Assembly: GCA_965644315.1 (NCBI GenBank)
Contig: CBFFRQ010000019.1
Location: 62,001 to 126,000 of the forward strand
Reading direction: 5' to 3'
DNA from: Caecitellus pseudoparvulus
Lineage: Eukaryota; Protista; Bigyra: Bicosoecida
Length of the DNA: 64,000 nt
The notes beneath the pieces are model-generated. The model worked only from the letters and a program-made list of their open reading frames with translations. It did no database searches and was not told the origin of the DNA. The position numbers and the translations under genes are program-made. Each line of letters starts with the position of its first letter. Within the stretch, counting starts at the first letter, position 1. This document shows positions 45,121-56,550 of the stretch, one piece after another.

Positions 45121-45798
45121 ATGATGCACATGAACCACACAATGGAGATGCCCATGATGATGATGGTGCGTGGGAGGCCTGGGCGGCGGCCAGGCTGCGC
45201 CGTACTTCCCACGCGCGGCAAACCACGCGCACATCACCACCCCACGCACAGGCCATGACCTTCTCGTCCTCTGCACGTCCCGGTGCCATCCTCTTTGACG
45301 AGTGGAAACCCGAGTCAGACGGCGCATACTTCGGCGCACTCCTTGCCGTGTTCTTGATGGGCATGGCCCACCAGGGTGCAGTGCTGCTGCGCCGCTTGCA
45401 TGTTCGGGCGGCGGCGGCCAAAGGCAAGGCGTACATGGCCCCGGCCCCCGCCCGGATCCTGGACGGCGTCCTGCAGACATTTGTCACCACGCTTGCATTC
45501 TTTGCCATGCTGGTGGCCATGAGTGCGTGCCTGCGTGCCGGCTGTCTTCTCGCCACACACACGCCCACACTCCCTCGCCCACTTCACAGCATACAACGCA
45601 GGCCTCTTTGCTGCCGTGTGCCTGGGCGAAGGAGCCGGCGTCGTTGCATTCTCCTCCACCCTGCGTTGGTCCCCCTCTCCCGGCGGCTGCGTGGGGGACG
45701 CCTACTCTGCGCTGTCTGGTACACCCAGTGCCACCGTCGCCACGCCAGCTGACGTGCGCGTGGACGAGGACTTGGAGGGGCAGAGCGCATGCCACTAG
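45121..45798 (+). CDS. Ctr/SLC31 copper transporter; 2 introns
   Basis: Met/His-rich N-terminus MMHMNHTMEMPMMMM, then MTF...ILFDEW. TM2 MxxxM motif MLVAM followed after splicing by TYNAGLFAAVCLG. Confidence 0.9.
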
Positions 45799-46005
45799 CT
45801 GCTGCTGACCTGTCCCGTGCGCAGAATTAACCCGACGCTGCTCTGAACACACTGCCGGCTTTGAGCCAGACACGGGCGGGGTTCCCTCGGCTACACGCCA
45901 GGCCTCCGCGCGTTCTGGTGCACACCCGGCTCAACGCTGGCTCTGCCAGCCCCCAATGCATGGCCAATACAGCACACAGTCATTCCCACAAACATGCTGC
46001 CCACG

Positions 46006-48198
46006 CTACTGGCGAGGCGGGTCGTTGGTTTTCAGCATTGACGACGGCAGCGCGAACGCCGCCTGGGACAGAAGGCCGTTCCGGTTGCCGTACTGCACCA
46101 TGACAGCGTCCCACCACTTCGTCGCACGGTACTGTGCGTCGCCACTGCGGGTCTCAAAGCGCACGGGGGAACCCAGCCAGTCCCCTTTGTTCGGGTAGTT
46201 GCTGAGCCACTCCTCGTACTGCTGCCCGGCCAAGGACGCCAGCATCTGGAACAGCGTCATGCGCGCGTGGTCGGCGGAGGCAGGCAGGATCTGCAAGCAT
46301 GCTGAGTGGGGCGACATGTAGATGGTGTTTGTCGCGCCAGCACCGTGAGGAGTCACCAGCACGTCCAAGCTGGCCATGGCAGCCACCTGCTCCCAGGGCG
46401 TCGCCGACGCACCCGTGCCAAATCTCGCAACTGGCATGCCCATGGCGCGAACGAACTCCAAGAACTCTGCGCCGCCATCCTCCACTTTCCTCGTCCCCTC
46501 TCGATCTAGCAGGCCCACTCGAGGGGGCCACACGCGGTACTGCGCTGGCCCCGCCACAGCTTCGTTGCAGGCGTCAGCTGTTCTGCTCGCCGCCTCCGCC
46601 ACGCAGCTGGTCGGCCCGAAATCCAACAACTTCGTGTACGCCGGGCCATGCCGAGCAGGCGCCAGCAACTCGGCCAGCACTTGCACCTCCCGGTCAGCAG
46701 TGAAGCTGGAACACGGCCCCTGCCCTGCCCCCTTCGCAAGCCAAGCGCACCAATCAGGCACGGACATCCACCGGAATGGCCCGCCCCAATCCCCAGCATC
46801 CACCGCCACAGCAGGCACCCGCACACCCAGCGGCACACCAGCTGCATGCCACATGAGCGCACGCAGGCGGGGCACGATGCGCAGGGCGGCGTAAGAAAGC
46901 AGGGTGGCGTGCATGCCGCGGAAGGCACGTGTGGTGCGGCCCACCCACAGGCGTTTGAGTCGGACACGCATGGGCTGAGGCGGCTTGCCCGAGCCAACAA
47001 TGCGCCCTCGCCGCGGGAAGAAGGCACTCTTGATCTTCTCACAGAAGGACGAGCCGGAAAATTCGTGCAAGGTGACGCCCGCCCGCCTCTCCAGCAGCGT
47101 CGGCGGGTCGTCCGTGTCGGCGGGGTACAGCTTCCGAACAACGTCCAACACGCCCTTCGCGTCCACCCTTGGTGCCGTGGCAGCATCAGCCTTCCCTGCA
47201 GTCAAGTCCTTGAAGACCTCGGCTTCCAGCATCGGCGCGTAGCCAGTGTGCACCATGCCCGTAAACAGCGACAGCAAGTTGTCGTTGTGGCAGTGGAACT
47301 GGTTCCGAGACGTCATCTCCGGTACAATGAACCATGGCGCTGACAGAGCCTGAGCACCCGAGGCATCAACCCCATCCAGCACCTCTGCTGTGAGCAGGCG
47401 GTCGCCTGGTGTGGACATGACGCTGTTCATCGCTGCCACAGCGGCTGCCACAGCCTCCGCCCCCAGCGCTTCGCTGCCCCAGGCAGCCACCCCCGAGTCC
47501 GCCAGGCCCTCCGTACAGCCTTCTTTAAAGGCGCCCGCGTTGCGCGACGCCTCCAGTGGCGCAGTCAGCCTCGCGTTGCCCAGTAACACTCTCGGTGGTG
47601 CACTGCTCCAGCCCGAGTCGCTTGGAGGCGCCAGCTCCACCACCACATCCTCCAGCAGAAACGCCAGGTCTTGCACTGTGTCAACAGCACCTGTTACCGG
47701 TGTGATGCGGCTTTGCAGGGGTGCAGCTTCCCCAGCAAGCTCTCGGTTGGCCCCTGTGGGCCTGGCAGCTGGCGGCATCAAGCCATTGTCAACCTCCATG
47801 CCAGGCTTGCGATCTGTATGCGAGCGAGCCGGCCGCCCGGCACACCAGGGGTGCATGCAGAAACCACTGCCACATGTAGGTGGGGGGGCATCGCTCTGTG
47901 CTGTGTGGGTCAGCTGCCCCGTGCCCTGGCGCTGGACAGGAGCAATGGACTTGGGCGTGGTGCCGCCGACCTTGTCTGGAAGTGCGTGTGGGCTCGGGCA
48001 TGCGCAGTGGCTGGCGCAAGTTGACAGAGTGCTTCGGTTCGTTGTCTCGTACAGCCTGAGCGCGGCATGCTGCTTGGTTTCCCCCGAGGGGACAAGCGGG
48101 CTGGAGGGCCACGCGATCAGGCCGATTCCCGCAACCACGCACAAAGACAGCGTCCACGCCAGCGTTGGGGCTCGTGCACCCGCTGCAACGAGCTGCAT
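46006..48198 (-). CDS. GT61-family (DUF563; EOGT/xylosyltransferase-like) glycosyltransferase, type II membrane protein, intronless
   Basis: N-terminal signal anchor, NQFHCHNDNLLSLF, RVGLLDR...RKV, QVAAMASLDVLVTPHGAGATNTIYM (HGAG motif). Confidence 0.8.
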   Translation of the reverse strand: MQLVAAGARAPTLAWTLSLCVVAGIGLIAWPSSPLVPSGETKQHAALRLYETTNRSTLSTCASHCACPSPHALPDKVGGTTPKSIAPVQRQGTGQLTHTAQSDAPPPTCGSGFCMHPWCAGRPARSHTDRKPGMEVDNGLMPPAARPTGANRELAGEAAPLQSRITPVTGAVDTVQDLAFLLEDVVVELAPPSDSGWSSAPPRVLLGNARLTAPLEASRNAGAFKEGCTEGLADSGVAAWGSEALGAEAVAAAVAAMNSVMSTPGDRLLTAEVLDGVDASGAQALSAPWFIVPEMTSRNQFHCHNDNLLSLFTGMVHTGYAPMLEAEVFKDLTAGKADAATAPRVDAKGVLDVVRKLYPADTDDPPTLLERRAGVTLHEFSGSSFCEKIKSAFFPRRGRIVGSGKPPQPMRVRLKRLWVGRTTRAFRGMHATLLSYAALRIVPRLRALMWHAAGVPLGVRVPAVAVDAGDWGGPFRWMSVPDWCAWLAKGAGQGPCSSFTADREVQVLAELLAPARHGPAYTKLLDFGPTSCVAEAASRTADACNEAVAGPAQYRVWPPRVGLLDREGTRKVEDGGAEFLEFVRAMGMPVARFGTGASATPWEQVAAMASLDVLVTPHGAGATNTIYMSPHSACLQILPASADHARMTLFQMLASLAGQQYEEWLSNYPNKGDWLGSPVRFETRSGDAQYRATKWWDAVMVQYGNRNGLLSQAAFALPSSMLKTNDPPRQ

Positions 48199-48870
48199 TC
48201 CGAATAGGGGGATCTAAACAGCACCTCAGGGTCCCTAGTGGACACAACCGCCGCCTCTGGACGCGAGGGGAGTGCTTTGACCGCCCAGCGCGGGCGAGCA
48301 CAACCCGTGCTCTGCGCAGAACGTGCCCTGCGCCTGACCAACTAGAGGGCAGGAACGAAGGTGACCTGCACCCACCAAAAGAAAAGCCTCTTCCATGTGG
48401 ACGCATCTGATTTTTTGGCATGGGCCACGCCATCGTGGCCGCCAAGTGCTTGCAAGCCGCTTGGTTTGCCACCGAAGCTCGTGGTGCGACACCCAAAAAC
48501 AAGCTTCGGGACGACAAGACGCCCTCCCAGTGCAAACCATGTGTGGTACTACATGCGATTTGGGATGTAGCATCTCAAAATAAATAGGGATCAGCCACGC
48601 TTACCGAAGGAAGCCAAGAAGCGACTGCGCTGCGCATTTCGAGCGCCATCCTTTTGCAGCTCTCTGGCGCCCAGGGAACACTTCCCGATGGTCACGGCCA
48701 GACACTGTGGTAGACTGTTCGACCGATTTTGCCTTTGAGCACTCGGTAGAGCGCTTATTTGACTCCCACGCCTTTCCCAAGGTGATCGGCTTCGGCGAAC
48801 GGCACACGGAAAACGCTCTGGCCACCAACTCCAGGCCCGGCATTTGGAGCTGCTAGTGGCACACAGAAGC

Positions 48871-50466
48871 ATGCCATCCAAGGCACCCCACAGGCCATGG
48901 ATTCTGCTTGCTGTTGCTTGCCTTTCGGTCCTCGCAGGCCTCACAGTGTGCCAGTTCGGTGCCATTGGCATCACACCTCTTGCTGGTGAGGAACGTGGCT
49001 GTGTGGACTGTGGCAGCCAAGGCTCCTCCCCAGCTGCACACGCGGTGGGATCTACAGGCTCCGGCGTTGAACACGATGATGGTGCAGGTGCTGCGCAGCC
49101 TCCAGTAGGCAGCAACCGAGGTGACGGCGCAGAGGGTGCTGCAGAAGCGCTGCCAGCAGGTGTAACCAAATCAGTTTCCGCTCCCAAACAGGGCCAGAGC
49201 GCGAAGGAGGTCGCAGAAGAGCAAGCCTCTGCTGCCTTTCCCTACGACACATCATCCATTCCTGCAGAGGAGGCGGCTTTCATCCGCCGCGCACTGAACC
49301 CGGAGCCGCCCTTCCCCTGTGCGAACGACGCGCAGCCTGGATCAGCTGAGTGTGAGCCGGGGGTGGTCATGGGAGCCATCGCAGGTTACGCAGATGGCGC
49401 AGGCGATCGAGTCCGGGGCTTGCGAGGCACTGCTGTCATCGCTGTCCAGACCCAGCGGCGCCTGGTGGTGGACCACCGCTTCCTGGCGGCTCGCACACCC
49501 CCTGACATGAACTGGACTCTGGGCGAGAAACACGCGGTTCTGACGCCCCCAGGCATCCACTACATCACGACGTACAATGAGAAGCGCTGTGAGGCGTCGC
49601 AGTGGGCTGACATTGCTGCCCTGCCGACAAACACCACCCTCGCGCTGCACTGCAACTGCGAATCGCCGCCCATGATCCCGGGCGCGCCAGAGGCGCTGCA
49701 GGAGGCTTCCAAGAAGTTTTGGAACGGTCGCTGCAATGAAGGCGCCTTCACCGACTATTCCCGCCGACGTGCTCTCCGTGCCGGCCAGCCCCGCGAGCTT
49801 GGGCAGTACCAAGTGCACAGCGGCTGGTACAAGTGCGGCGCTGCCATTCTCCTCTCTGCGTGGAAGGAAAACCCCACAGCAGCGGCGAAACTGGCCTCCA
49901 TGAACAGCCTGCACGACGCCTGGCTGAAGCTTGTGGCCCCTGACGGCTTTTCCGTCCTGCACATCCGGGCGGGTGGCAGCTCAGTGCCGCTTGCAGCTGG
50001 GCAGGGCAAGGCAGTTGCATGGGAAGACGGCAAGGTCTCCCCCGTGCCGGGTATGTGGGTGCAGCACTTTCGATCCACGTACAAAGACTTGATGTGCAGG
50101 CGCCCCCTCATGCTCATCACTGACTCGACCCGGGTGCGGGCAGAGCTTGAAGCGGCGTCATTCAGCGCGCTCAGCATTCCGCACTGCTGCACAGCGCCGC
50201 TGCACGTCGGGCTGATCGAGCGGGAGCACATCCCAGAGCAAACGCACCAGGCTGAGCTGCAGGTGATCTTTGACATGTTTACGCTGGCCAAGGCCGACAC
50301 TGCTGTCATCTCTGTCGGTGGCTTCAGCGAGCTGGGCAAGGCGTGGATGTCGTTCGATCGCAAGGCCGACACGCACAGGTGTGAGGCGCAGGCGTGCTTC
50401 CAGGGCGTGGCAGACAAGCTGCTCGAGTCACTGCAGTGTTCCAAGCGCACAAATGGCTACTTCTGA
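48871..50466 (+). CDS. Putative GT-B fucosyltransferase-clan glycosyltransferase (GT11/GT23/GT37-like), type II membrane protein, intronless
   Basis: Signal anchor and stem region, GAGDRVRGL (G.G.R motif), VLHIRAG (HxR GDP-fucose-binding motif), LITDS, DMFTLAKAD...GGFS. Confidence 0.65.
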   Translation: MPSKAPHRPWILLAVACLSVLAGLTVCQFGAIGITPLAGEERGCVDCGSQGSSPAAHAVGSTGSGVEHDDGAGAAQPPVGSNRGDGAEGAAEALPAGVTKSVSAPKQGQSAKEVAEEQASAAFPYDTSSIPAEEAAFIRRALNPEPPFPCANDAQPGSAECEPGVVMGAIAGYADGAGDRVRGLRGTAVIAVQTQRRLVVDHRFLAARTPPDMNWTLGEKHAVLTPPGIHYITTYNEKRCEASQWADIAALPTNTTLALHCNCESPPMIPGAPEALQEASKKFWNGRCNEGAFTDYSRRRALRAGQPRELGQYQVHSGWYKCGAAILLSAWKENPTAAAKLASMNSLHDAWLKLVAPDGFSVLHIRAGGSSVPLAAGQGKAVAWEDGKVSPVPGMWVQHFRSTYKDLMCRRPLMLITDSTRVRAELEAASFSALSIPHCCTAPLHVGLIEREHIPEQTHQAELQVIFDMFTLAKADTAVISVGGFSELGKAWMSFDRKADTHRCEAQACFQGVADKLLESLQCSKRTNGYF

Positions 50467-50588
50467 GAGCCGTGCGTGGGTGAGTGGGGGGGGCTGGGAT
50501 GCCATTCGCCGAGGCCCGCCAAATGTGAAGGAGGGTACGAATGTCACCCAATTCAGTCAGCATTGCGATGAGCACTTCCTCGCTCAGT

Positions 50589-52614
50589 ATGGCCGCGGAA
50601 AGCACCCCCTCAGAGGCGCGGCCCGACGCAAGCTGCGGTGTCCCTGCCGCTGCAGCGCCGCCACAGCCTGGCAGCAGCGACTCTGTGACTTTCGCTGTGA
50701 GTGGTGCAGGGCTTGCCTTCTCGTTCAAGGCAGTGACCATGTTAGCCCCAAATTGTCTATTCGCGCTCAGACACCTCGTGTGGCCATTGACTCTTCGTTC
50801 TTCCCGGAAGTGGCTCGGCGTGTTGTGCATGAGTGGAAGGCAGACTCCATCACCACTGTGAGCAGCCCTGCAACTGCCCACTCGCGCTGACGCCACCAGA
50901 CAAGGGTTCTCATGTACAGTCCATTGAGGGTACCATTGCCGGCATCAGCGACGGGAACGAAGTGATCGTGCAGCTGTCCAGCAGCAGCTTTGAAGCCGGT
51001 GGCGAAACGCAGGCGAAACGGCGCGCCTCATGTGTCCCAGGTTCCCTCGTCTTGTTCCCCTCTATCGAGGCATTTAAAGCAGCAAATAAAGAAGACATAC
51101 TTCGTGAACACCTGAATGCTTGGCAGTCTGCAGGGAATGGCGCTTTCCCCTTCGTCATGCTGGTGTACGCGGATGTGAAGCGGCACAAGTTCGCGCATTG
51201 GACCGGCTTCCCCGCCCCCAAGCCCCGCCGGGCACACACCTCTGACTCGGGAGACAAGTCTGCTGATATTACTGCTCTGCTGCACGATGATGCAAAGCCG
51301 GGGCGTCTGCCGTGGGCCGTGCTTCTGGCTGCATGGCAACATCGTCGGTTGGGTCAACCCGATCCAGCTCAACCGAGCGCCACGCTGACGGTTCACAGCA
51401 CAAGTAAGACGGGGGACTGTGAGGCCTCACGTGAGGTCCAGGTGTGGTTTGACAGCCCTCCAGCTGTCACTGGGTGGTCTCGAAACGCACGCGGCAAGCT
51501 GGGCCCACGCGTAACGGACCTGTCCCAGTCCATGTCCGGCGCCGCCCTCGTTCGGGAGGCAGCCCACTTGAACCTGAACCTCATGCGCTGGAGGGCGGCG
51601 CCCAGCCTGCGCCTGGAAGCTCTGCGGGAGTCCAAGTGCCTGCTCATCGGCGCAGGCACGCTGGGGTGCCACTTGGCGCGGCTGTTGCAAGGGTGGGGTG
51701 TCGGACGCGTCACGTTTCTGGACAGCGGCACAGTGTCCTATTCCAACCCCACTCGGCAGCCACTGTTCGAGGTCGCAGACGCCGAGCACAAGAGCAGCAA
51801 AGCGCTGACGGCTGCCGCCGCTCTGCGCCGTGTGGCGCCCACTCTGGCGTGCAGTGGCATTCGCTGTTCCGTGCCCATGCCCGGTCACCACTCCGCCGCT
51901 GCCGCCGCGGCAGTGAAGCAGGACGTGCAGACGGTGAAGCAGGCCATCTTGGAACACGATGTTGTGTTCTTGTTGACAGATACCCGGGAAAGCAGGTGGC
52001 TTCCCTCCCTGCTGTGTGCCGCACACCGGGTGCCCGCAATCAACGTGGCGCTCGGCTTCGACACCTGCCTGGTCATGCGACACGGGAGCTTTCCAGAGCC
52101 GGTCGGGGGCAGTGGGGTCGCTGCTTCTCCCACCCATGACTTGGGCTGTTATTTCTGCGCGGACATCGTGGCGCCAGGTGACTCCACGAAAGACCGCACG
52201 CTGGACCAGCAGTGCACCGTGACTCGGCCTGGCCTGGCAGCATGGGCTGCAGCCATGGCAGTGGAGCTCTGGGTGAATGTGATGAATCACCCCGACGGGT
52301 GGGAGGCCCCCCCTGACACCCCTGCCGATGCCACAGCGCCCCACGCCTCCCCGTTGGGGTGCACCCCGCACACACTGCGTGCCTTTCTCTCCCACTTCAT
52401 GCCGCTGCCGCTGGTGACGCACGCCTTCCCACACTGCCCCGCCTGTGGTGTTGGGGTGCGGACTGCCTATGCAGAGGGTGGAGATGCCTGGCTGGTTCAA
52501 GCGCTCACCACACCCGGCTTGGTGGAAGAGAGCAGCGGGCTGGCACAGTACCACGCGGAAGCCGCTGCAGCCATGCAGGAGCTGGACTGGGACGAGGAGG
52601 GGGACGACTTTTAA
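50589..52614 (+). CDS. ATG7: Autophagy E1-like enzyme ATG7; 2 introns near the 5' end (alternative in-frame ATG at 50568)
   Basis: LNLNLMRWR, CLLIGAGTLGC, VSYSNPTRQPLF, LLTDTRESRWLP, ALGFD, LGCYFCADIVAPGDSTKDRTLDQQCTVTRPG. Confidence 0.97.
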
Positions 52615-52649
52615 CGGCCCCAGAGCGTGTTGTTCACGGGACTGTTGAG

Positions 52650-52662
52650 AATGCAGTGCATT
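52650..52662. terminator. Back-to-back AATGCA / TGCATT: candidate 3'-end signals for convergent ATG7 and WDR36
   Basis: AATGCA-G-TGCATT in the 69-nt gap between the two stop codons. Confidence 0.6.
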
Positions 52663-52683
52663 GCCGTCGTTTGCACCCCCCCT

Positions 52684-55600
52684 TCACTGCAAGTTGCTCA
52701 GGTACATGACCAGACTCAGGGCGTGGCTCTGCATGTCTGCCACCCGCGCACTCGCGTGCTGCTGCACGACCAGCAGGTCCGTCGCCGCTGAAGCCAGCAT
52801 GCGCATGGAGGGAGAGGCGGCAGTGGCACTTGCCGACTTGTCCGCTGCACTGCTTCGGGGCTCCTTGGCAGGGGGCTCTGCCGTGCCTGCCTCCTCCGCC
52901 ACGGCCACGGCAGTTTGCAGCAGGCCGCTGTACTCTTGCAGCACCACACTGAGCTGCGCTTGCACGAGGTCATAGTGTGCCAGGCGGCCCAGCTGCCACG
53001 CAAAGTAACGCAGCAGGCCGGCCAGCAAGCGCTGTCCCTGGCTGTCCTCCTCGCCCAGGCAAATGCTGCGCAAGTCCGCGTCCACAGCCGACGGAGGCGC
53101 GGTGCGCAGCAGCTCAGCGAGGGCCTTGCAGGCAGAGCGCGCCGCGTGGGGCATGCGTGGGCCCTCGCTGGCAATGGGCACCAACACCTCATCCTCCTCC
53201 TCAGAATCTGAATCTGAGTCGGCGGCAGCGGCGCCTGAGGGTGTGGGCCGCATGCCCTGCACGATGGCATCGCACTGACGCAGGAATGCAGAGGTGAGGG
53301 GGCGGTTGAACTCGACAGCCCCCCCTCCCTTCCCTTCGCCCTGCTCCTCCGTGGTCCGACTGAGTGACGTCAGAATGCGGCTGCCGGACTCGGGCCGAGG
53401 AGGGGGCGTTGCCGTGTCGAAGCCAGGCGCCAGGCCCGCCACCGTGGGCAGGAAGAACGGCGCAGCCTCCTTGTCCTTCACGGCTTCCACGGGCTTGTTG
53501 CGCTCGGCGATGACCGCGAGTTTGTCCAGGTTCACCCAGTGGCTGGGTGGGGCGCCACTCAGCACCATGGTACCGGCCGCCCCTGCAGGCACGGCTTCCT
53601 CGTCACTGCCATCTTCCCCAGCGCCAGGGCGCTTCCCGGGCTGCTCGGCAGCTGCTGCGTCAGCCTGCCCGGCTCGCACGGCGCCACCTGCTTCCTCCGC
53701 TAACACTGCTGGCTGGTCAACTGACACGGGCGCGGTGGGCACCGCGTCAGTTGGCACCCAGCTGTAGTGCGCCCTGTTCAGCCACAAGCTCAGGCCAGGC
53801 GAGGAGGTGTGCGAAGTGGCCATGAACTCCCCAGTGGGCGCAAAGTTCACCGTGACGGCGGGGGTGCGGAATTGCAGCCAGTCCACACACCGCCCTGTGG
53901 CGACGTCCCACACACGCAGGTGACCCCTGACATCCGACGAGGCCACCCACCGCCCATCTTGTGAAAAAGCCAGGGCCAGGATAGGTGCCTTGTGCCCCCG
54001 CAGGGAGCGCACACGGCGCCGTGTCCCAATGTCAAACACGTACACGTCAAACGAGTCTGTCGCCAACACCAGCAACCCCGACGCGCGGTGGCACTCCATG
54101 CGCGCGATGGGCGCACCCACTCGCACAGTGGTAGCCAGGGTGTGGCGTGTCAAGTCCCACCAGCGCAGCATGCCATCAGCGCCGCCGCTCACAAGCCAGG
54201 CGTTGCGCTCATCCACCGCCAAGCCCCGCACCGCACCTGCATGCGCCAGAGTGTCAGCAGCCACGCCGCCGCTGCCTGAAACGCTGGCAGTGCCCTTGAC
54301 GGCTGTCAGGCTGCCGCTCTGCAGCATGCCGTCTGTCAGGCCGGCAGCACCGGGAGTGGGTTTCTTGGACTTTGCCTGCAGCTCGGGGCCGCTCAGCGTG
54401 GACTCAGCGCCGAACACCTTGCGTAGGGAGCCCAGAACAGACCCAGAGACACCCAGCGGGCCCAGGCCACTGCCGCCCTTGCCCACATCACGGTCTGCAC
54501 GGGGGAGCTGGGAGCCCAGCAGCTCGCCCCTGCGACGCTTGCGACCTCGCAGCGCCACACGCCCGTCGCGTTGCGAGCCACGGGGGTACTCCCCCACAGG
54601 CGCGCCGTTCTGCAGCGCAAAGCGCGTGATGGTGCCGCACGAACCGCCCACCAGTGCAAAGTGCCCACACGCGCTGATTTCCACTGCTGACACCGTGTTT
54701 GGGCGCGCGACGCTGGAGCCCATGGCTTCGGGCGTCACGTCGGGCGTCGGCAGCACGAGGGTGTCCAGAGCCTTGCGGTACCACGACCAGGCATAGGCAG
54801 AGGTCAGACCTTCGTGGGCAGTGACGACATTACTCCAGTCACCCACATTGCGCTCGTTCAGGGCCATGGCCGTGACTGGCGCCAAGCGGAGGCGCTGTGA
54901 GGCACGGGAAAGCCCCAGCTCCCGCGCACGTTTCTCAAGGTTGCCCTGCGACAGCTCCCGGCACTGGTGCGCCAGCAGGGTGTGTGTGACCCGCACGTTG
55001 CGGTCCCGGCCAGCAGTCACCATTTCTGCCACTGACGCATCAGCCCCGTCCACGAGGGTGGCCACAGTGCCGCCGCCAAAGAAACGCGCGGCTGTGATGG
55101 CGGCGCCATGCCCCGACCGCTCACGCAGGCGCCGAGGCCTGCCGTCTGTGTTGTCCAGCAGCCACACAGTCAGGGCATTGTCCGCCCCTGCCGTCACAAA
55201 CACTGGTTGTGATGGTAGGAAGACGGCGGTCGTCACTGCGCCGCCGTGTGCTGCCACGTCCACGTGGAACAGCTCCTTCGCCTTCAAATCCCACAGGGCC
55301 ACGCAGCCGCCGCCAGTGGCACTGAGCAGGAGCGGCGCCTTGGCTGCTTTGGATGTGCAGAATGCGAGGGCTGTGACGTTGGGGTTGGTGGCCTCGTCAC
55401 CCCCTGCAGCAGCGCGCGCAGCGGTACGGCCACCTGCCGCTCGTGCCGCCGCCACACTCTCCTCGGCTGAGTGCGTGAAAGTCACGACACGGGCATCAGC
55501 GCGGATGTTGTGCACGGCCACCGTGCCGTCAGCCAGGCCGAACGCCAGGACATCCACTGCTGGTGACTGGGCGGCGGCGGTGATGGGCGTCGTGCCGCAG

Positions 55601-56354
55601 AGGGCGGCTGAGTAGAGCACCTTGCCCGTGGCGATGTTGACGACGTGCCACTTGCCGCCGTCATCAGTGACGACGACCTTGTTCAAGTACGTGGCAGGGT
55701 GCAGCACGACTGTTGGGGTGTGGGGCTGGCTGGGCAGGGCCACTTCTCCCGCTGGCTCGGGCAGCGGCGTGACAGCCTCGGATGCCGCGGCACTCTGCAG
55801 AGGCACCAGGCTCTTGAAGGAGAACCACGCCAGCCGGCCACTGCGGAACACCATCACAAACACGTCTCCGAACACCGTCCCGCACGCGAGCGTCTCCTTG
55901 GCAGGCAGGCTGTACGTGCACAACTGCGCAGTCGGGCAGAATGGCCAGTGTCTTTGACACCGCGCCTGTGGCGAGGAACGCTGGCACACCCACCTTGTGC
56001 ACACGCCGCCAGACGTGCAGTTGTCCGGACGCCGTCACAACCATGGTGATTTCCTTCTTCACAAAGACGTGCCTGCGGCGCGGGGTTGCTGAGTTTGACG
56101 CGGGGGCGAAAGCGGAAATTGAAAGGCGCCCTTCCGCACCGAATGGCAGAATCGTGCACCGCCGACACAGCAGCCAGTCGCAGATTGGCACAGTCGTACA
56201 CATGGAAGCTCCTGTCGATAGGCATGCACAGGAAGTTCTCCGTCCCCAGTCCCTGCAGCTGTGCCTGTACCTGCCCTGCCACCACTCCGACAGTTCGGTA
56301 GGGCTGGAACAGGGCAGACTTGGCCGCCGCGAGGGCGCCGGAGTTCGTCGCCAT
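52684..56354 (-). CDS. WDR36: WDR36/UTP21 SSU processome WD40 protein; introns near the 5' end
   Basis: SALFQPYRTVG, LHPATYLNKVV, QSPAVDVLAFGLADG, RRLRERSGH, ELSQG, IAERNKP...AAPFFLPT, PSAVDADLRS, YDLVQAQL. Confidence 0.95.
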
Positions 56355-56550
56355 GGCGCCACGAGAGACGGCCGCGCAGCTCACGACAGGCTCCTGGCTG
56401 GCTGGGCACTCGGGCTGTTGCAATTTTGCAAGCCCCCCCGCACTGCAGCAGTTGCCGTTGCATTGCTGTGAGCCAGGCTGCTGCTGGCACACCCCACACA
56501 CGTGAGGCGCCTCACGCACAAGATCACGCACGTTGACAAAGGCGTGCCCC

